NCBI RefSeq assembly: GCF_051549785.1
Contig: NZ_CP189974.1
Span: 34,093-98,092 of the forward strand
Direction of reading: 5' to 3'
DNA length: 64,000 nucleotides
From: Candidatus Caldatribacterium sp. SIUC1
Lineage (GTDB): Bacteria > Atribacterota > Atribacteria > Atribacterales > Caldatribacteriaceae
Under the pieces are notes generated by a model. The model was not told the origin of the DNA. It made no database searches and saw only the letters and a program-made list of their open reading frames with translations. Below, in pieces: positions 10,713 to 20,397 of the stretch. Positions within the stretch are counted from its first letter, which is position 1, and the number at the start of each line of letters is the position of its first letter. The position numbers were made by a program, and so were the translations under genes.

Positions 10713-11798
10713 ATGGAAGAGCGGGTGCATACTTTTAACCCTGGTCCAGCGGCCTTGCCCCTGCCAGTACTTGAGCGAATCCGTGACGAAATGCTCAACT
10801 TCCGTGGCACAGGGATGTCCATCCTTGAGGTTAGCCATCGCTCAAGGACCTTTGAAGAGGTCCTCGACGATGCTGCAGCAAGGCTCAAAAGGCTCCTGAA
10901 ACTCGACAACCGTTTCCATGTGGTTTTCCTCCAGGGCGGAGCAAGCCTCCAGTTCGCCATGGTTCCGATGAACCTGGCGCTTGAGGGGAAACCCGTAGGG
11001 TACGTGGACACCGGATACTGGGCCTCCAAGGCTCTCAAGGAAGCCCAGATTCTGGGGAAAGACGTGCAGGTGGTGGCGTCCTCCAAAGCGCAAAACTACA
11101 CGCATATCCCCAAGAACTTCACCGTCGATGACAACCTCGCCTATCTCCACCTCACCTCAAACAACACCATTGAGGGCACCCAGTGGCACCACTTTCCCGG
11201 GGTGGGGAATGTCCCCCTGGTGAGCGACATGTCTTCGGATATCTTAAGCCGGGTCTTTGACCCCTCGCCCTTTGGGCTCATCTATGCCGGGGCGCAGAAA
11301 AACCTGGGTCCTGCAGGGGTCACCGTGGTCATTATCCGGGAGGACATGCTGGAACGCACCCCCAAAAATCTCCCCACCATGCTCCGGTACTCCACGTTCG
11401 TTGAATCGAACTCCCTCTACAACACCCCGCCCTGCTTTGCCATCTATGTGGTTGACCTCGTCCTTGAATGGCTTGAGGAAACGGTTGGAGGTCTGGAAAC
11501 AATGGAGGCCATCAACCGAAAGAAGGCGAAAATCCTCTACGACTACCTCGACAGCCAGAACTTCTACACCTGCCCTGTGGCACCCGAAGACCGGTCCATG
11601 ATGAACGTGGTCTTTCGTCTCCCCAGCCCAGAATTAGAGGACAAATTCGTGAAAGAAGCAGAAAAAGCACGCCTTGTGGGGCTTAAAGGACACCGCTCTG
11701 TAGGAGGATGCCGGGCCTCCCTCTACAATGCCGTCACCGTGGAGGCGGTGCAGGCACTCGTGGACTTCATGCAGGAGTTTGCCCGAAAAAACGCCTGA
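10713..11798 (+). CDS. serC: phosphoserine aminotransferase
   Basis: 361 aa. N-terminus MEERVHTFNPGPAALPLPVLERIRDEML..GTGMSILEVSHRS is the SerC class V aminotransferase signature. Confidence 0.9.
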   Translation: MEERVHTFNPGPAALPLPVLERIRDEMLNFRGTGMSILEVSHRSRTFEEVLDDAAARLKRLLKLDNRFHVVFLQGGASLQFAMVPMNLALEGKPVGYVDTGYWASKALKEAQILGKDVQVVASSKAQNYTHIPKNFTVDDNLAYLHLTSNNTIEGTQWHHFPGVGNVPLVSDMSSDILSRVFDPSPFGLIYAGAQKNLGPAGVTVVIIREDMLERTPKNLPTMLRYSTFVESNSLYNTPPCFAIYVVDLVLEWLEETVGGLETMEAINRKKAKILYDYLDSQNFYTCPVAPEDRSMMNVVFRLPSPELEDKFVKEAEKARLVGLKGHRSVGGCRASLYNAVTVEAVQALVDFMQEFARKNA

Positions 11799-11812
11799 GG
11801 GACGAGCGTCCC

Positions 11813-13354
11813 TCAGGCAAGGCCAAGCTTTGCGAACTCCCGAAAAAGCGGTGCGTTCACCTCGTAGAGCCGCCTGAAGAGGCGGAAAAGCTCCTCGTAC
11901 AAAGCGTGGGCATTTGCGTCAGGGGTGACCTGGCCTTCGGTGGGAAAGAACTCCTCGGGGAATTCCTCGAAGGACCGGACATACCCCAGGGCCTTCAGGG
12001 CGATGAGGAATGCCCCCTTGGCGGAGGAAGAGGGATAACTGCTCACCGCCACCGGGACACCCAGAACGTCACAGAGCACCCTCCTCCCGTTCTCTGAAAG
12101 GGCAAACCCTCCGCCAATCACCACCTTCCTGGGCTCCCCCATGACCTCCCGGAGCATGTCAAAAACGGCGCGAATCGAAAAAGCCACGCTCTCATAGGCC
12201 GCCTGGAGAAGAGCCTCCGGGGTATGGAAGAAAGAGAGCCCGAAGAGAATCCCCCGGGCATAGGGGTCCCAGTAAGGGCTCCGTTCTCCGGTCAAAAAGG
12301 GCAAAAAGAGCGGACGTCGCCGGGAAAGGTCGAGAGCGACCTCGCCCTCTTTCAAGAGGTCCCGCATCCACGAGAAGACGATGCCTCCGTTGTTGATGGC
12401 CCCTCCCCCAACCCAGATATCGGAGGCAAGGTAGTAACACCAGGCCCGTTTTCCAGGGTCGATGACTGGCCGGAGGGCACACATGCGAACGGCCCCTGAA
12501 GACCCGACGCTCACGACCATTTCGCCTTCTCGAAAACACCCCTCTCCGAGATTGGCAAAAGGACCGTCCCCACCACCCCACACAACAGGCATCCCCAGGG
12601 GTAAACCGGTGGAAGCGGCGAAGTCCCGGCTCACAAGTGGCGCCGCGAAATCCGGCTCCACAAGGGGGGGAAGGAGTTCCGGGGAAATCGCAAGCAGGTC
12701 GCACATCTTCCTGCTCCACGCCTTCCTCTGCACCTCAAGAAGTCCCGTCCCTGAAGCCGTGGAGTAATCGCAGCAAAGCTCCCCCGTGAGCTGAAAGAGC
12801 ACCCAGTCCTTGATGCTCAGGATTTTCGAAACCCTCTTCCAGAGGTCCCCGTGGTGCTTCCTGAGCCAGAGAATCCGAGGAGGATGGTAGATAGTGTGGA
12901 GCGGTGCAGCCGTCAGTTCATAGAGGCGTTCCTTTTCATAGGACTCCCGGAATCCCTCAACTTCCTGGAAAGAGCGGGTGTCCATCCAGTTCCAGAGAGG
13001 GGCAAGGGGAGTGAAATTGCCATCCACAGGAAGGAGGCTGTGGAGCATGGTGTCAAAGCTCAGCGCTTCGAAAGAGCTTCCGGGAAAGGACGAAACCGCC
13101 TCCTTCACCGCCTCGGTAAGGGCACCGAAAATTTCCCCCGGGTCCTGCTCTGCGTATCCTGGGGCAGGAGAAGCAGTGGGGTATGCCCTTTTTGTCGAAA
13201 AGAGGATGTTCCCACTTTGGTCAAACACGCAGACTTTCAGGGACGATGTGCCAATATCCGCACAGAGGAAAAGCCTTTGTGCCACCGGTATCCCCCCGAC
13301 GCTTTTTCCTATTATAGCCCTGTCACCCATTTCCTTTAAAGAATAGGAAGACAT
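11813..13354 (-). CDS. FGGY-family carbohydrate kinase (xylulokinase/glycerol kinase-like)
   Basis: ..LFLCADIGTSSLKVCVFDQSGNIL.. N-terminal FGGY motif, with the C-terminal FGGY domain (GGG..N). The start is uncertain (ATG 13354 or 13330). The ORF-track start at 13393 is GTG. Confidence 0.8.
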   Translation of the reverse strand: MSSYSLKEMGDRAIIGKSVGGIPVAQRLFLCADIGTSSLKVCVFDQSGNILFSTKRAYPTASPAPGYAEQDPGEIFGALTEAVKEAVSSFPGSSFEALSFDTMLHSLLPVDGNFTPLAPLWNWMDTRSFQEVEGFRESYEKERLYELTAAPLHTIYHPPRILWLRKHHGDLWKRVSKILSIKDWVLFQLTGELCCDYSTASGTGLLEVQRKAWSRKMCDLLAISPELLPPLVEPDFAAPLVSRDFAASTGLPLGMPVVWGGGDGPFANLGEGCFREGEMVVSVGSSGAVRMCALRPVIDPGKRAWCYYLASDIWVGGGAINNGGIVFSWMRDLLKEGEVALDLSRRRPLFLPFLTGERSPYWDPYARGILFGLSFFHTPEALLQAAYESVAFSIRAVFDMLREVMGEPRKVVIGGGFALSENGRRVLCDVLGVPVAVSSYPSSSAKGAFLIALKALGYVRSFEEFPEEFFPTEGQVTPDANAHALYEELFRLFRRLYEVNAPLFREFAKLGLA

Positions 13355-13374
13355 GTAAGGAAAGGAGGTTGTCC

Positions 13375-13914
13375 ATGCATCGGGAACCAACACTCAAAGA
13401 CGTGCAGCATGTGGTTGAGCTTGCCCGGGCTTTTCTTGACGATGCCCTGACACTCCTTACCGCCTATGTCCAGTCCTCTCCTTCTCTCACGCGGTTTCTG
13501 AAAGACCAGGGACTGAACCCCGAAACGGTCCTCTTCTCTTTCTCCTTCCCCGAGGAGCTCCCGGTGATCCTCGAGGTGGCCAGGCGCTCCTTCCCACAAG
13601 ACGAGTCCTACCCCGTGAATCCTTACGCCCTGCTTTTGGCCATCCGGGAGGCCGAGCGGGGGCGCAAAGGCTTTGAGTTCGGGATAGTGGCGGCAAAAGA
13701 TACAGACCTCAAAACTCAGTGCGAGTGGGCGTGCGCCACGGTGAAGAAGAACTTCGAGCGCTTTAGAGGAAGCGGGGAAAAGGACTTCATCGCTTTCCTG
13801 GGGAAGCGATGGGCACCGGTTGGGGCGGAGAACGACCCAAAAGGGCTCAACCGGTTCTGGGTGGACAATGTCCGGTACTTCTACAACCTCTTCCGAAAGG
13901 AGGGAGAACAGTGA
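13375..13914 (+). CDS. hypothetical protein (179 aa), coupled to a downstream single-TM protein
   Basis: ATG at 13375 with RBS AAAGGAGG 5 nt upstream. No family recognised by eye. Ends in GTGA overlap with the next gene. Confidence 0.5.
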   Translation: MHREPTLKDVQHVVELARAFLDDALTLLTAYVQSSPSLTRFLKDQGLNPETVLFSFSFPEELPVILEVARRSFPQDESYPVNPYALLLAIREAERGRKGFEFGIVAAKDTDLKTQCEWACATVKKNFERFRGSGEKDFIAFLGKRWAPVGAENDPKGLNRFWVDNVRYFYNLFRKEGEQ

Positions 13915-14216
13915 ACTTCCAGGACTTCCTGCTCTCAGCGGCTTCACTCTTTCTGCTTGGGCTGGGAAGCTACGTTTTCTCCCGGTGGCATGTGGATCGC
14001 CTGACGCTTGACCGGTACCGGAAAATTCTGGACCTTGCGGAAGAGGCAGTGCTCTTTGTGGAGGACGCCTTCCCCGAAAAGCGAGGCCTTGAAAAGCTCA
14101 GAGAGGCCATTCAGTACCTAAGAAGGTGCTGTGAGCGGCTCGGCATTCCCCTGGACGATGCAGAGGCCGAAGCCAAGGTCCGAGCCGCCTACCAGAAGCT
14201 GGAAAGGACAAGATAA
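13911..14216 (+). CDS. small single-pass membrane protein, holin-like (reminiscent of LL-H type holins)
   Basis: GTG start overlapping the upstream stop (GTGA). N-terminal TM segment FLLSAASLFLLGLGSYVF is followed by a charged soluble tail ..EEAVLFVEDAFPEKRGLEKLREAIQYL..GIPLDDAEAEAKVRAAY.. The holin assignment is tentative. Confidence 0.4.
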   Translation: MNFQDFLLSAASLFLLGLGSYVFSRWHVDRLTLDRYRKILDLAEEAVLFVEDAFPEKRGLEKLREAIQYLRRCCERLGIPLDDAEAEAKVRAAYQKLERTR

Positions 14217-14219
14217 CCC

Positions 14220-15692
14220 TCAACCTCTCTCCAAAAACCTCAGGGTCCTTGCAATGCGGGCAAGGACCCGCTCCTTCCCCAGAACCTCGAGGAGCTCGAA
14301 GAGCCCCGGACCGACCTTTTTCCCCGATACCGCCACCCGAAGGGGATGGATGAACTGCGCCGCTTTGAGGCCTCGCCGCTCCGCCTCACTCCGTATAGCC
14401 TTTTCGATGGTTGCCGCGTCAAAGGGCTCAAGGTCCTTCAGAAGCTCATAAGAAGTCCCGAGAATCTCGGGCACCTTCTCCTCAAAGAGCACGCTCTCCA
14501 CCGCCTGAGGATCGTACTCGTAGTGCTCGGTGAAGAAGTACTCCGCCTCTTCGAGCACCTGCGCCACGTACCGGATGCGATCCCGCATGAGGGCCATAAC
14601 CCTTCTGCAGTAGGCGGAAAACTCCGGCGTGAGGTCTTCTCCCGTAACCTTCCCCTGACGTTTGAGGATGTCGATGAGGATTCCCGCAAGCCTCTCAGGA
14701 TTAGCTGCCCTGAGATAGACCCCGTTCATCCAGTTGAGCTTATCAAGGTCAAAGACTGCAGCGTGCTTGGTGACCTGCTCAAGGGAGAACCGCTCGATGA
14801 TTTCCTCCCGGGTAAAAATCTCCTTCTCCTCTTCCCCCGTTGCCCAGCTCAACCGGGCAAGGTAGTTCACCATGGCTTCAGGGAGGTACCCCATATCCCG
14901 GTAGTAGGTCACCGAGGGTGAACCGTGGCGCTTGCTCAGGCGGGTCCTGTCCTTTCCGAGGATCATGGGGATATGGGCAAACTGCGGGCAGGGAAATCCA
15001 AAAGCCTCATATAGCAGAACCTGGCGAGGGGTATTGGAGATGTGGTCATCGCCTCGGATGACGTGGGTGATGCGCATGAGCGCATCGTCCACCACACAGG
15101 CGAAGTTGTACGTCGGCATGCCGTCGGACTTCAGGATGACGAAATCGTCAAGCTCACCGTTGTCGAAGGTCACATCCCCCCGAAGCATGTCCACAAAGGT
15201 CGTCGTCCCCTCGGGAATCCGGAAGCGCAGCACGGGCTTTCGCCCTTCCCGACGAAAAGCCTCCCTTTCTCTTGCGCTTAAGTGGAGACAGCGCCGGTCA
15301 TACCGCCAGCTTCCCCCCTGGGCGATGACCCGTTCTTTTCGTTCCTTTAGTTCTTCGGGAGTACAGAAACACTCGTAGGCTAGACCTTTCTGAAGGAGCT
15401 TTTCGGCGTACTCCCGGTAAAGGTGCAGCCGCTGGCTCTGGAAATACGGCCCGTAGGGGCCACCAACCTCTGGCCCCTCGTCCCACAAAAGCCCAAGCCA
15501 CCTGAGGCTCTCAAGGATAACCCGAACGGATTCCTCAGTCGAGCGCGAAAGATCGGTATCCTCAATCCGGAGGACAAATACCCCCCCGTACTTTCGGGCA
15601 AAAGCCCAGTTGAAGAGTGCTGTGCGTGCTCCCCCAAGGTGCAGAAACCCTGTGGGGCTTGGCGCAAAGCGAACCCGAACGGTCTCACTCAC
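14220..15692 (-). CDS. gltX: glutamyl-tRNA synthetase
   Basis: 490 aa. N-terminus VRVRFAPSPTGFLHLGGARTALFNW with HIGH and KMSKS regions. GTG start in GTGA overlap with the upstream gene. Confidence 0.92.
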   Translation of the reverse strand: MSETVRVRFAPSPTGFLHLGGARTALFNWAFARKYGGVFVLRIEDTDLSRSTEESVRVILESLRWLGLLWDEGPEVGGPYGPYFQSQRLHLYREYAEKLLQKGLAYECFCTPEELKERKERVIAQGGSWRYDRRCLHLSAREREAFRREGRKPVLRFRIPEGTTTFVDMLRGDVTFDNGELDDFVILKSDGMPTYNFACVVDDALMRITHVIRGDDHISNTPRQVLLYEAFGFPCPQFAHIPMILGKDRTRLSKRHGSPSVTYYRDMGYLPEAMVNYLARLSWATGEEEKEIFTREEIIERFSLEQVTKHAAVFDLDKLNWMNGVYLRAANPERLAGILIDILKRQGKVTGEDLTPEFSAYCRRVMALMRDRIRYVAQVLEEAEYFFTEHYEYDPQAVESVLFEEKVPEILGTSYELLKDLEPFDAATIEKAIRSEAERRGLKAAQFIHPLRVAVSGKKVGPGLFELLEVLGKERVLARIARTLRFLERG

Positions 15693-16105
15693 GGCCTCTC
15701 ACTCCCCTTATCCTTCGGGACAACAAAGATACCCTCAGCCTCCGCAACCCTCTCTCCATCATAGAGGATTTCCCCAAAGGCCGCAACAATCCTTCCCTTT
15801 TGCCTCCGAACCCGCCCCCGAAGCATCAGGATTTTCTCTGTTGGGCAGGGCCTGAGGTACTTCACCCTGAGCGTCCCGGTGACGGCAGAAATCCCTGCAC
15901 GTTTCACGCTGTGGGACATCACCTCGTCAAGGAGTGACGCCACAATCCCCCCGTGGACCACCCCGGCAAAACCCTGCAGGTACCAGGGGACAACGGTTTC
16001 TGCCACCGTCCACCCATTTTCTTCCCGAAAGCGAAGCGAAAACCCGTGGGGATTTCGTTCCCCACAGAAGAAACACCTCCGGTTGTCCACAAATTCCACA
16101 AGCAT
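15689..16105 (-). CDS. PaaI/hotdog-fold thioesterase
   Basis: About 138 aa. N-terminal C-x2-C (CFFCGERNPHGFSL) followed by hotdog fold ..VHGGIVASLLDEVMS.. Confidence 0.7.
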   Translation of the reverse strand: MLVEFVDNRRCFFCGERNPHGFSLRFREENGWTVAETVVPWYLQGFAGVVHGGIVASLLDEVMSHSVKRAGISAVTGTLRVKYLRPCPTEKILMLRGRVRRQKGRIVAAFGEILYDGERVAEAEGIFVVPKDKGSERP

Positions 16106-17187
16106 CACCCTCCACTTTCAAGCATTTCAGAGAGAAAGACGAATTCGTACTCTGGATGCGGCCTTTCCAGAAAGCACTTCAGTGCCTCATAGGTGACCTC
16201 TTTCGGGTGCCCGATGGCCACGGCAAAGCCCTGCTTCCTCGCCACGGCCAGAGTGGCTTCGAGTTGCTTCAGAACGTACTCGATGGTGGTCTCTCCGTCA
16301 AGGAAAACATCTCGGCGAAGCGCCCGAACACCCATATTCTTCATCACCCGAAAGGCCACAGAACGCGGTGTGGTGAGACTGTCCAGAAAATAGGCGTTTT
16401 TCCCCCGGAGGACCAGGGCGCAGAGCGCCATCAGGCGCTCGTCCTGCGTGGCCCTGGAACCCTTGTGGTTGTTGAGGCCCTTTGCCTGGGGGATGCGTCG
16501 GAAAGCCTCTTCAAGCATCCGCACCACCTCTTCCTTAGGGGTGCCACTTCGAAGCAAAAATCGCTCTCTCGAGTTCTCCCCGGGATCCATCGCCTCCATC
16601 GGGAAGTGGATGAGCACTTCTTTCCCGCTTTCTTCAGCCCGTCGGGCAAGATGCGGGCCGTGCGGAAGGTGAGGGAATACCGCCACGTTGAGTTTGACCG
16701 GAAGGGAGAAAAACTTCTCCGCTATAGGCACATCGTACCCGATGTCGTCAATGACGATGGCGATCCGGAAAACCCGCCTGAGGCGAAGGTGGAAGTGGAA
16801 CCACTCCTCCTCCCCCCAGAAAAGACAGTAATCGTCATCCCCCACCCTTTTCCCCCAAAGACCGAAGGGCTCCAGAGGAGCAAGGAGGGCCTCAAGACGC
16901 CTGAGGAGACGCTCTCTCTGCCAAGCGTTCCCAAGCACCACCTCGACCTCAAAGGAAGGTCTTTCGGGAAGAGGATAACGGAGAACCTGAAAGGAGAGGC
17001 TGTTCTTTCTAACCTCGTGGAGCACAAGCAGGGCAAGTTCCCTTCCCACCCCCCGGAAGAGCGCCCGGGAAAGGGCAGCCTGGCCCTCTTCAAAAAGTCG
17101 TGTTTCAAGTCCCAGGGCAAAGAGCACCACTCCCCAGGCCAAAAGCCCAAAAAGGAGGAAGAAAAGGAACCTACGAGGCCAGGGCAT
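16105..17187 (-). CDS. divergent polysaccharide deacetylase family protein (YibQ-like)
   Basis: 360 aa. N-terminal TM segment, then IAIVIDDIGYD..LNVAVFPHLPHGPHLARRAEESGKEVLIHFPME. Lies in the ftsEX-envC-ctpA-yibQ conserved neighbourhood. Confidence 0.75.
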   Translation of the reverse strand: MPWPRRFLFFLLFGLLAWGVVLFALGLETRLFEEGQAALSRALFRGVGRELALLVLHEVRKNSLSFQVLRYPLPERPSFEVEVVLGNAWQRERLLRRLEALLAPLEPFGLWGKRVGDDDYCLFWGEEEWFHFHLRLRRVFRIAIVIDDIGYDVPIAEKFFSLPVKLNVAVFPHLPHGPHLARRAEESGKEVLIHFPMEAMDPGENSRERFLLRSGTPKEEVVRMLEEAFRRIPQAKGLNNHKGSRATQDERLMALCALVLRGKNAYFLDSLTTPRSVAFRVMKNMGVRALRRDVFLDGETTIEYVLKQLEATLAVARKQGFAVAIGHPKEVTYEALKCFLERPHPEYEFVFLSEMLESGG

Positions 17188-18346
17188 GGTCCTTGAGGAG
17201 TTTTTTGAGTTCCTGGATACCCCGCTTCAGCTGCTCGTCTTCACCGCTTGCCAGGACATCGGGAACGAGCCCCTGACCATTGATGTCCGTTCCATCGGCA
17301 AGGTAGTACTTAGAAACCGTGAAGATGACGCCTCCTCCATGCGACAGGGGGGAAATCTCCTGAATGACACCTTTGCCGAAGGTCTTCTCTCCCACAAGGA
17401 GGGCGTGGGCCGCAAGACGGAGAATCCCTGCGAGGATTTCCGCGCCACTCGCCGTCCCCCGATTCACCAGGACCACTACAGGAGCCGAGACCAGGGGGTG
17501 TATGAAGTTTGTGATGGTCTCGCGCTTGCCATTCCGGTCCTCCACAAGGAGGAGTTTCTCCCCATAGGGCACGAAGAACCCTGCGGTGACAAGCGCTGCC
17601 GAAAGCAATCCCCCGGGGTTGTTGCGAAGGTCAAGAATGAACCCCGTAACCCCCTGTGCGGCAAGATCAGTGAGGGCTTTCTGGACCTCATCGGCCGTTC
17701 GCCCGTGGAACTCGGAAATTCGTATAAGGCCGATACCCTCGGGGAGCACCTCGGCACTCACACTCTGGATTTTAATGATGCTTCGAACAACCTCCACGGT
17801 GATGTCCTCCGAAACCCCTTCTCGCCTCAAGGTGAGCACGACCCTGGTTCCCTCTGGCCCTCGCATTTTCTTCACCGCCTGGTCCAGAGACATACCAAGG
17901 GTCGACTCCCCGTCAATTGCCAGAATCACATCTCCTGCCTTCACCCCTGCTTTCTCTGCAGGAGAACCTGCAATGGGGGAGACAACGGTGAGCTTTTCAT
18001 CCCGTATGGCGATAACAATCCCGATTCCCGAAAAAGCCCCTTCCAGGGTATCGCTGGTTTCAATCCTGTAGTCCTCGGGGTCGAGGTAACGAGCGTAAGG
18101 GTCCGGAAGGGCTCGAAGCACTCCCCGGATAGCCTCTTCAAGGAGTTTCCCCTCGTCCAAAGGATCTTCTGAGTAGAACTTCTCCCGGATGAGGGAGATG
18201 GTCTCAAAAAGCGGTTCCCAGTTCTCAAAACCCTTTTCTTTCCCAAGGCCAAAGGCCAGGAATTCCCGCTCAAGGAAGAAAAGGAGTACCCCAAACCCTA
18301 CAAGAATCCCCAGAAATACCCGTAACCAGAGTCTTCTCTGCCCCAT
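17171..18346 (-). CDS. ctpA: carboxy-terminal processing protease (S41)
   Basis: 391 aa. PDZ domain plus S41 catalytic region (..GASGAEILAG..GEKTFGKGVIQ..). Confidence 0.88.
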   Translation of the reverse strand: MGQRRLWLRVFLGILVGFGVLLFFLEREFLAFGLGKEKGFENWEPLFETISLIREKFYSEDPLDEGKLLEEAIRGVLRALPDPYARYLDPEDYRIETSDTLEGAFSGIGIVIAIRDEKLTVVSPIAGSPAEKAGVKAGDVILAIDGESTLGMSLDQAVKKMRGPEGTRVVLTLRREGVSEDITVEVVRSIIKIQSVSAEVLPEGIGLIRISEFHGRTADEVQKALTDLAAQGVTGFILDLRNNPGGLLSAALVTAGFFVPYGEKLLLVEDRNGKRETITNFIHPLVSAPVVVLVNRGTASGAEILAGILRLAAHALLVGEKTFGKGVIQEISPLSHGGGVIFTVSKYYLADGTDINGQGLVPDVLASGEDEQLKRGIQELKKLLKDHALAS

Positions 18347-18364
18347 GCGCTCTTCACCTCGAAT

Positions 18365-19537
18365 TCACTGAAGCCAGAGGAGGGGGTCCTCCTCACGGGC
18401 GCTTGTACCCACCCGCACCTCAAAGTGTACCACTGGTCGTTCCACAAGGCCAGAGTCCCCGCTCAACGCAATGACCTGCCCTCCCCTGACTGTATCACCA
18501 GCCCGCACTTGAATCTCTCCAAGATGGGCGTACACGGTGACCAGGTCGTTGCCATGATCGATAATGACGGTCTTCCCGTACCCCCTAATGGTGCTCGCGA
18601 GAAGCACCACGCCGTCAGCTGCGGCGTACACCGGGGTTCCCACCGGACAGGCGATGTCGACTCCAGGGTTGTAGAAGGTGATGCCGTAGCGGGCGTCTTT
18701 CCACTCGCCAAATCGGCGGAAGATCGTTCCTCCTGACACAGGCCAGAAGAGCCGTCCACGTTTCACTGGAGCCTGAGGAGGAGAGGGCGTTTTCTTTCTC
18801 GCCAGTTCCTCCCGGAGTCTAGCCAGGGTGGCCTCAAGGTTCTCTCGCGCCTGGATGAGATCTTTGCGGTTTTTCTCAAGACGGGCCCGATCGGTCTCCA
18901 GACGCCGAAGAATCTCCTCCCGAGCTTTCCTGAGCTCGGCAAGGCGTCGATTCTCAAGGACCAGCCGCTCTTTCAGCACCACCTCGAGGCGGATGCGCTG
19001 CTTGATCTCCTCGAGTTTCCTCGCAAGTTCTTCCTGTCTTCTTGAGGCTTCCTCGATGGCGCTGCTTTTTGCCCTGAGGCACTGGGCAACCCAGTAAGTA
19101 TTGGCCTCCCACTCGCCCGGAGAAATCCCGCCGACAAGGCTCTGCAGCACCACCTCACCGGTGCCCACCCGGTAAGCTCCTCTGGCAATCGCCTCCTGGC
19201 TGCTCTTTTCCTGGAGAATACCCCGCTGCAGGCTCTCCACTTCTTGCTCAAGCTGCTTCCTCTGCTTCTCCAGAGTAAGAATCCGTTCCCGGGATCTTGC
19301 GATATCCGCTTCGGCGGTGGCAATCTGCTTTTCGAGCTTGGCAAGTTCACCGGAGAGGTCCTTCGCGCTTGAGAGCACCTTCTTGAGTTCACCCTCAAGG
19401 CGTGCCTGTTCCTTCCGAAGTTCCTCGAGTTTTTTCGTCTGCAGGGCAATTTCATCCTCGAGGGAATCCGGGCTCCCCAGAGCCCAGGGCGAACACACAA
19501 AGAGCACGACAAGGAGGATAAGCACAGCGCACCTCAC
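18365..19537 (-). CDS. murein hydrolase activator EnvC-like (coiled-coil + M23 peptidase domain)
   Basis: GTG start at 19537 (GTGA overlap with the ftsX stop, RBS GGAGGAG). Signal peptide, long coiled coil, and a C-terminal LytM/M23 domain (..GITFYNPGVDIACPVGTPVYAAADGVV..). The ORF-track N-terminal extension is probably not translated. Confidence 0.8.
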   Translation of the reverse strand: MRCAVLILLVVLFVCSPWALGSPDSLEDEIALQTKKLEELRKEQARLEGELKKVLSSAKDLSGELAKLEKQIATAEADIARSRERILTLEKQRKQLEQEVESLQRGILQEKSSQEAIARGAYRVGTGEVVLQSLVGGISPGEWEANTYWVAQCLRAKSSAIEEASRRQEELARKLEEIKQRIRLEVVLKERLVLENRRLAELRKAREEILRRLETDRARLEKNRKDLIQARENLEATLARLREELARKKTPSPPQAPVKRGRLFWPVSGGTIFRRFGEWKDARYGITFYNPGVDIACPVGTPVYAAADGVVLLASTIRGYGKTVIIDHGNDLVTVYAHLGEIQVRAGDTVRGGQVIALSGDSGLVERPVVHFEVRVGTSAREEDPLLWLQ

Positions 19538-20397
19538 GGTCTTCTCCTCCGGGCCCTCCAGTGTCCCAAAAGCACCCCCAGAACGCCCATCCCACACCCC
19601 ACACCAAGGTCTAAGGGGAGGAAAACCATGGCGAGCTCCTCCACGTTCACCCACAAAAACCCGGGAAAGGCCTCACCCACAAGGCGAAAGAAAGGCACAA
19701 AGAAGGCAAGGCTCAAAAGGTACGCCCCCGCACCACCCAGAAGCCCCCCGAAAAGCCCTTCAAGGAGAAAAGGCGCCAGGGAAAAAGCCGGAGGTGCTCC
19801 CACAAGGGACAGCACCTCGACTTCCCTCCCCCGAAGCTGCACCACCAGGGCTGTGGTCACCACGATGGCAAAAACCCCAAACCCTAAAACTCCAAGGAAA
19901 AACCCGCCCAGGGCTTTAAGCAAAAGCCGGAAAAGGCGGAGGAATCCCTCGACCTCTTTTCCTCCGCAGAATACCTCGGCGAAGGCCTCTTCCGTACGGA
20001 GAATAGCAGCGATGTCGGGGAGATCCTCGATGTGCCGGGGAACGACCTCAAGAGAGGCGGGGAAGGAAATGCCTGCAACCTCTCCCTCGGAAAGCCCAAG
20101 ACGCTCGAGAAAACGGGCCCTCGCCTCTTCGGGAGAGACCAGAACTACCCGCCCCACCAGAGGATGCCGGGCAATTTCCTCCCGAACCCGTTCCACAGAC
20201 TCCCTGCTCACATCCTCACGGAAAATGGCCCGAATCGTGAAATGCTCACGCCAGTGTTCCCGCAACCTCACCGCCTCGAGGTACCCAAAAACCGTGGCAT
20301 TCACCAGAACACCGGCAAAAAGGACGCTCAGAACACCGAGAACGAAAAGGCCGGGACGGCGAAACATATAGCGGGAAACACGCCCCATGTTCAGCAT
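19534..20397 (-). CDS. ftsX: cell division permease FtsX
   Basis: 287 aa with 4 TM segments. Follows ftsE. Confidence 0.85.
   Translation of the reverse strand: MLNMGRVSRYMFRRPGLFVLGVLSVLFAGVLVNATVFGYLEAVRLREHWREHFTIRAIFREDVSRESVERVREEIARHPLVGRVVLVSPEEARARFLERLGLSEGEVAGISFPASLEVVPRHIEDLPDIAAILRTEEAFAEVFCGGKEVEGFLRLFRLLLKALGGFFLGVLGFGVFAIVVTTALVVQLRGREVEVLSLVGAPPAFSLAPFLLEGLFGGLLGGAGAYLLSLAFFVPFFRLVGEAFPGFLWVNVEELAMVFLPLDLGVGCGMGVLGVLLGHWRARRRRP

Noticed and set aside
15934-17196. 420-aa plus-strand ORF antisense to the thioesterase and YibQ genes
   Set aside because: Shadow frame opposite two well-supported minus-strand genes. The product is low-complexity.
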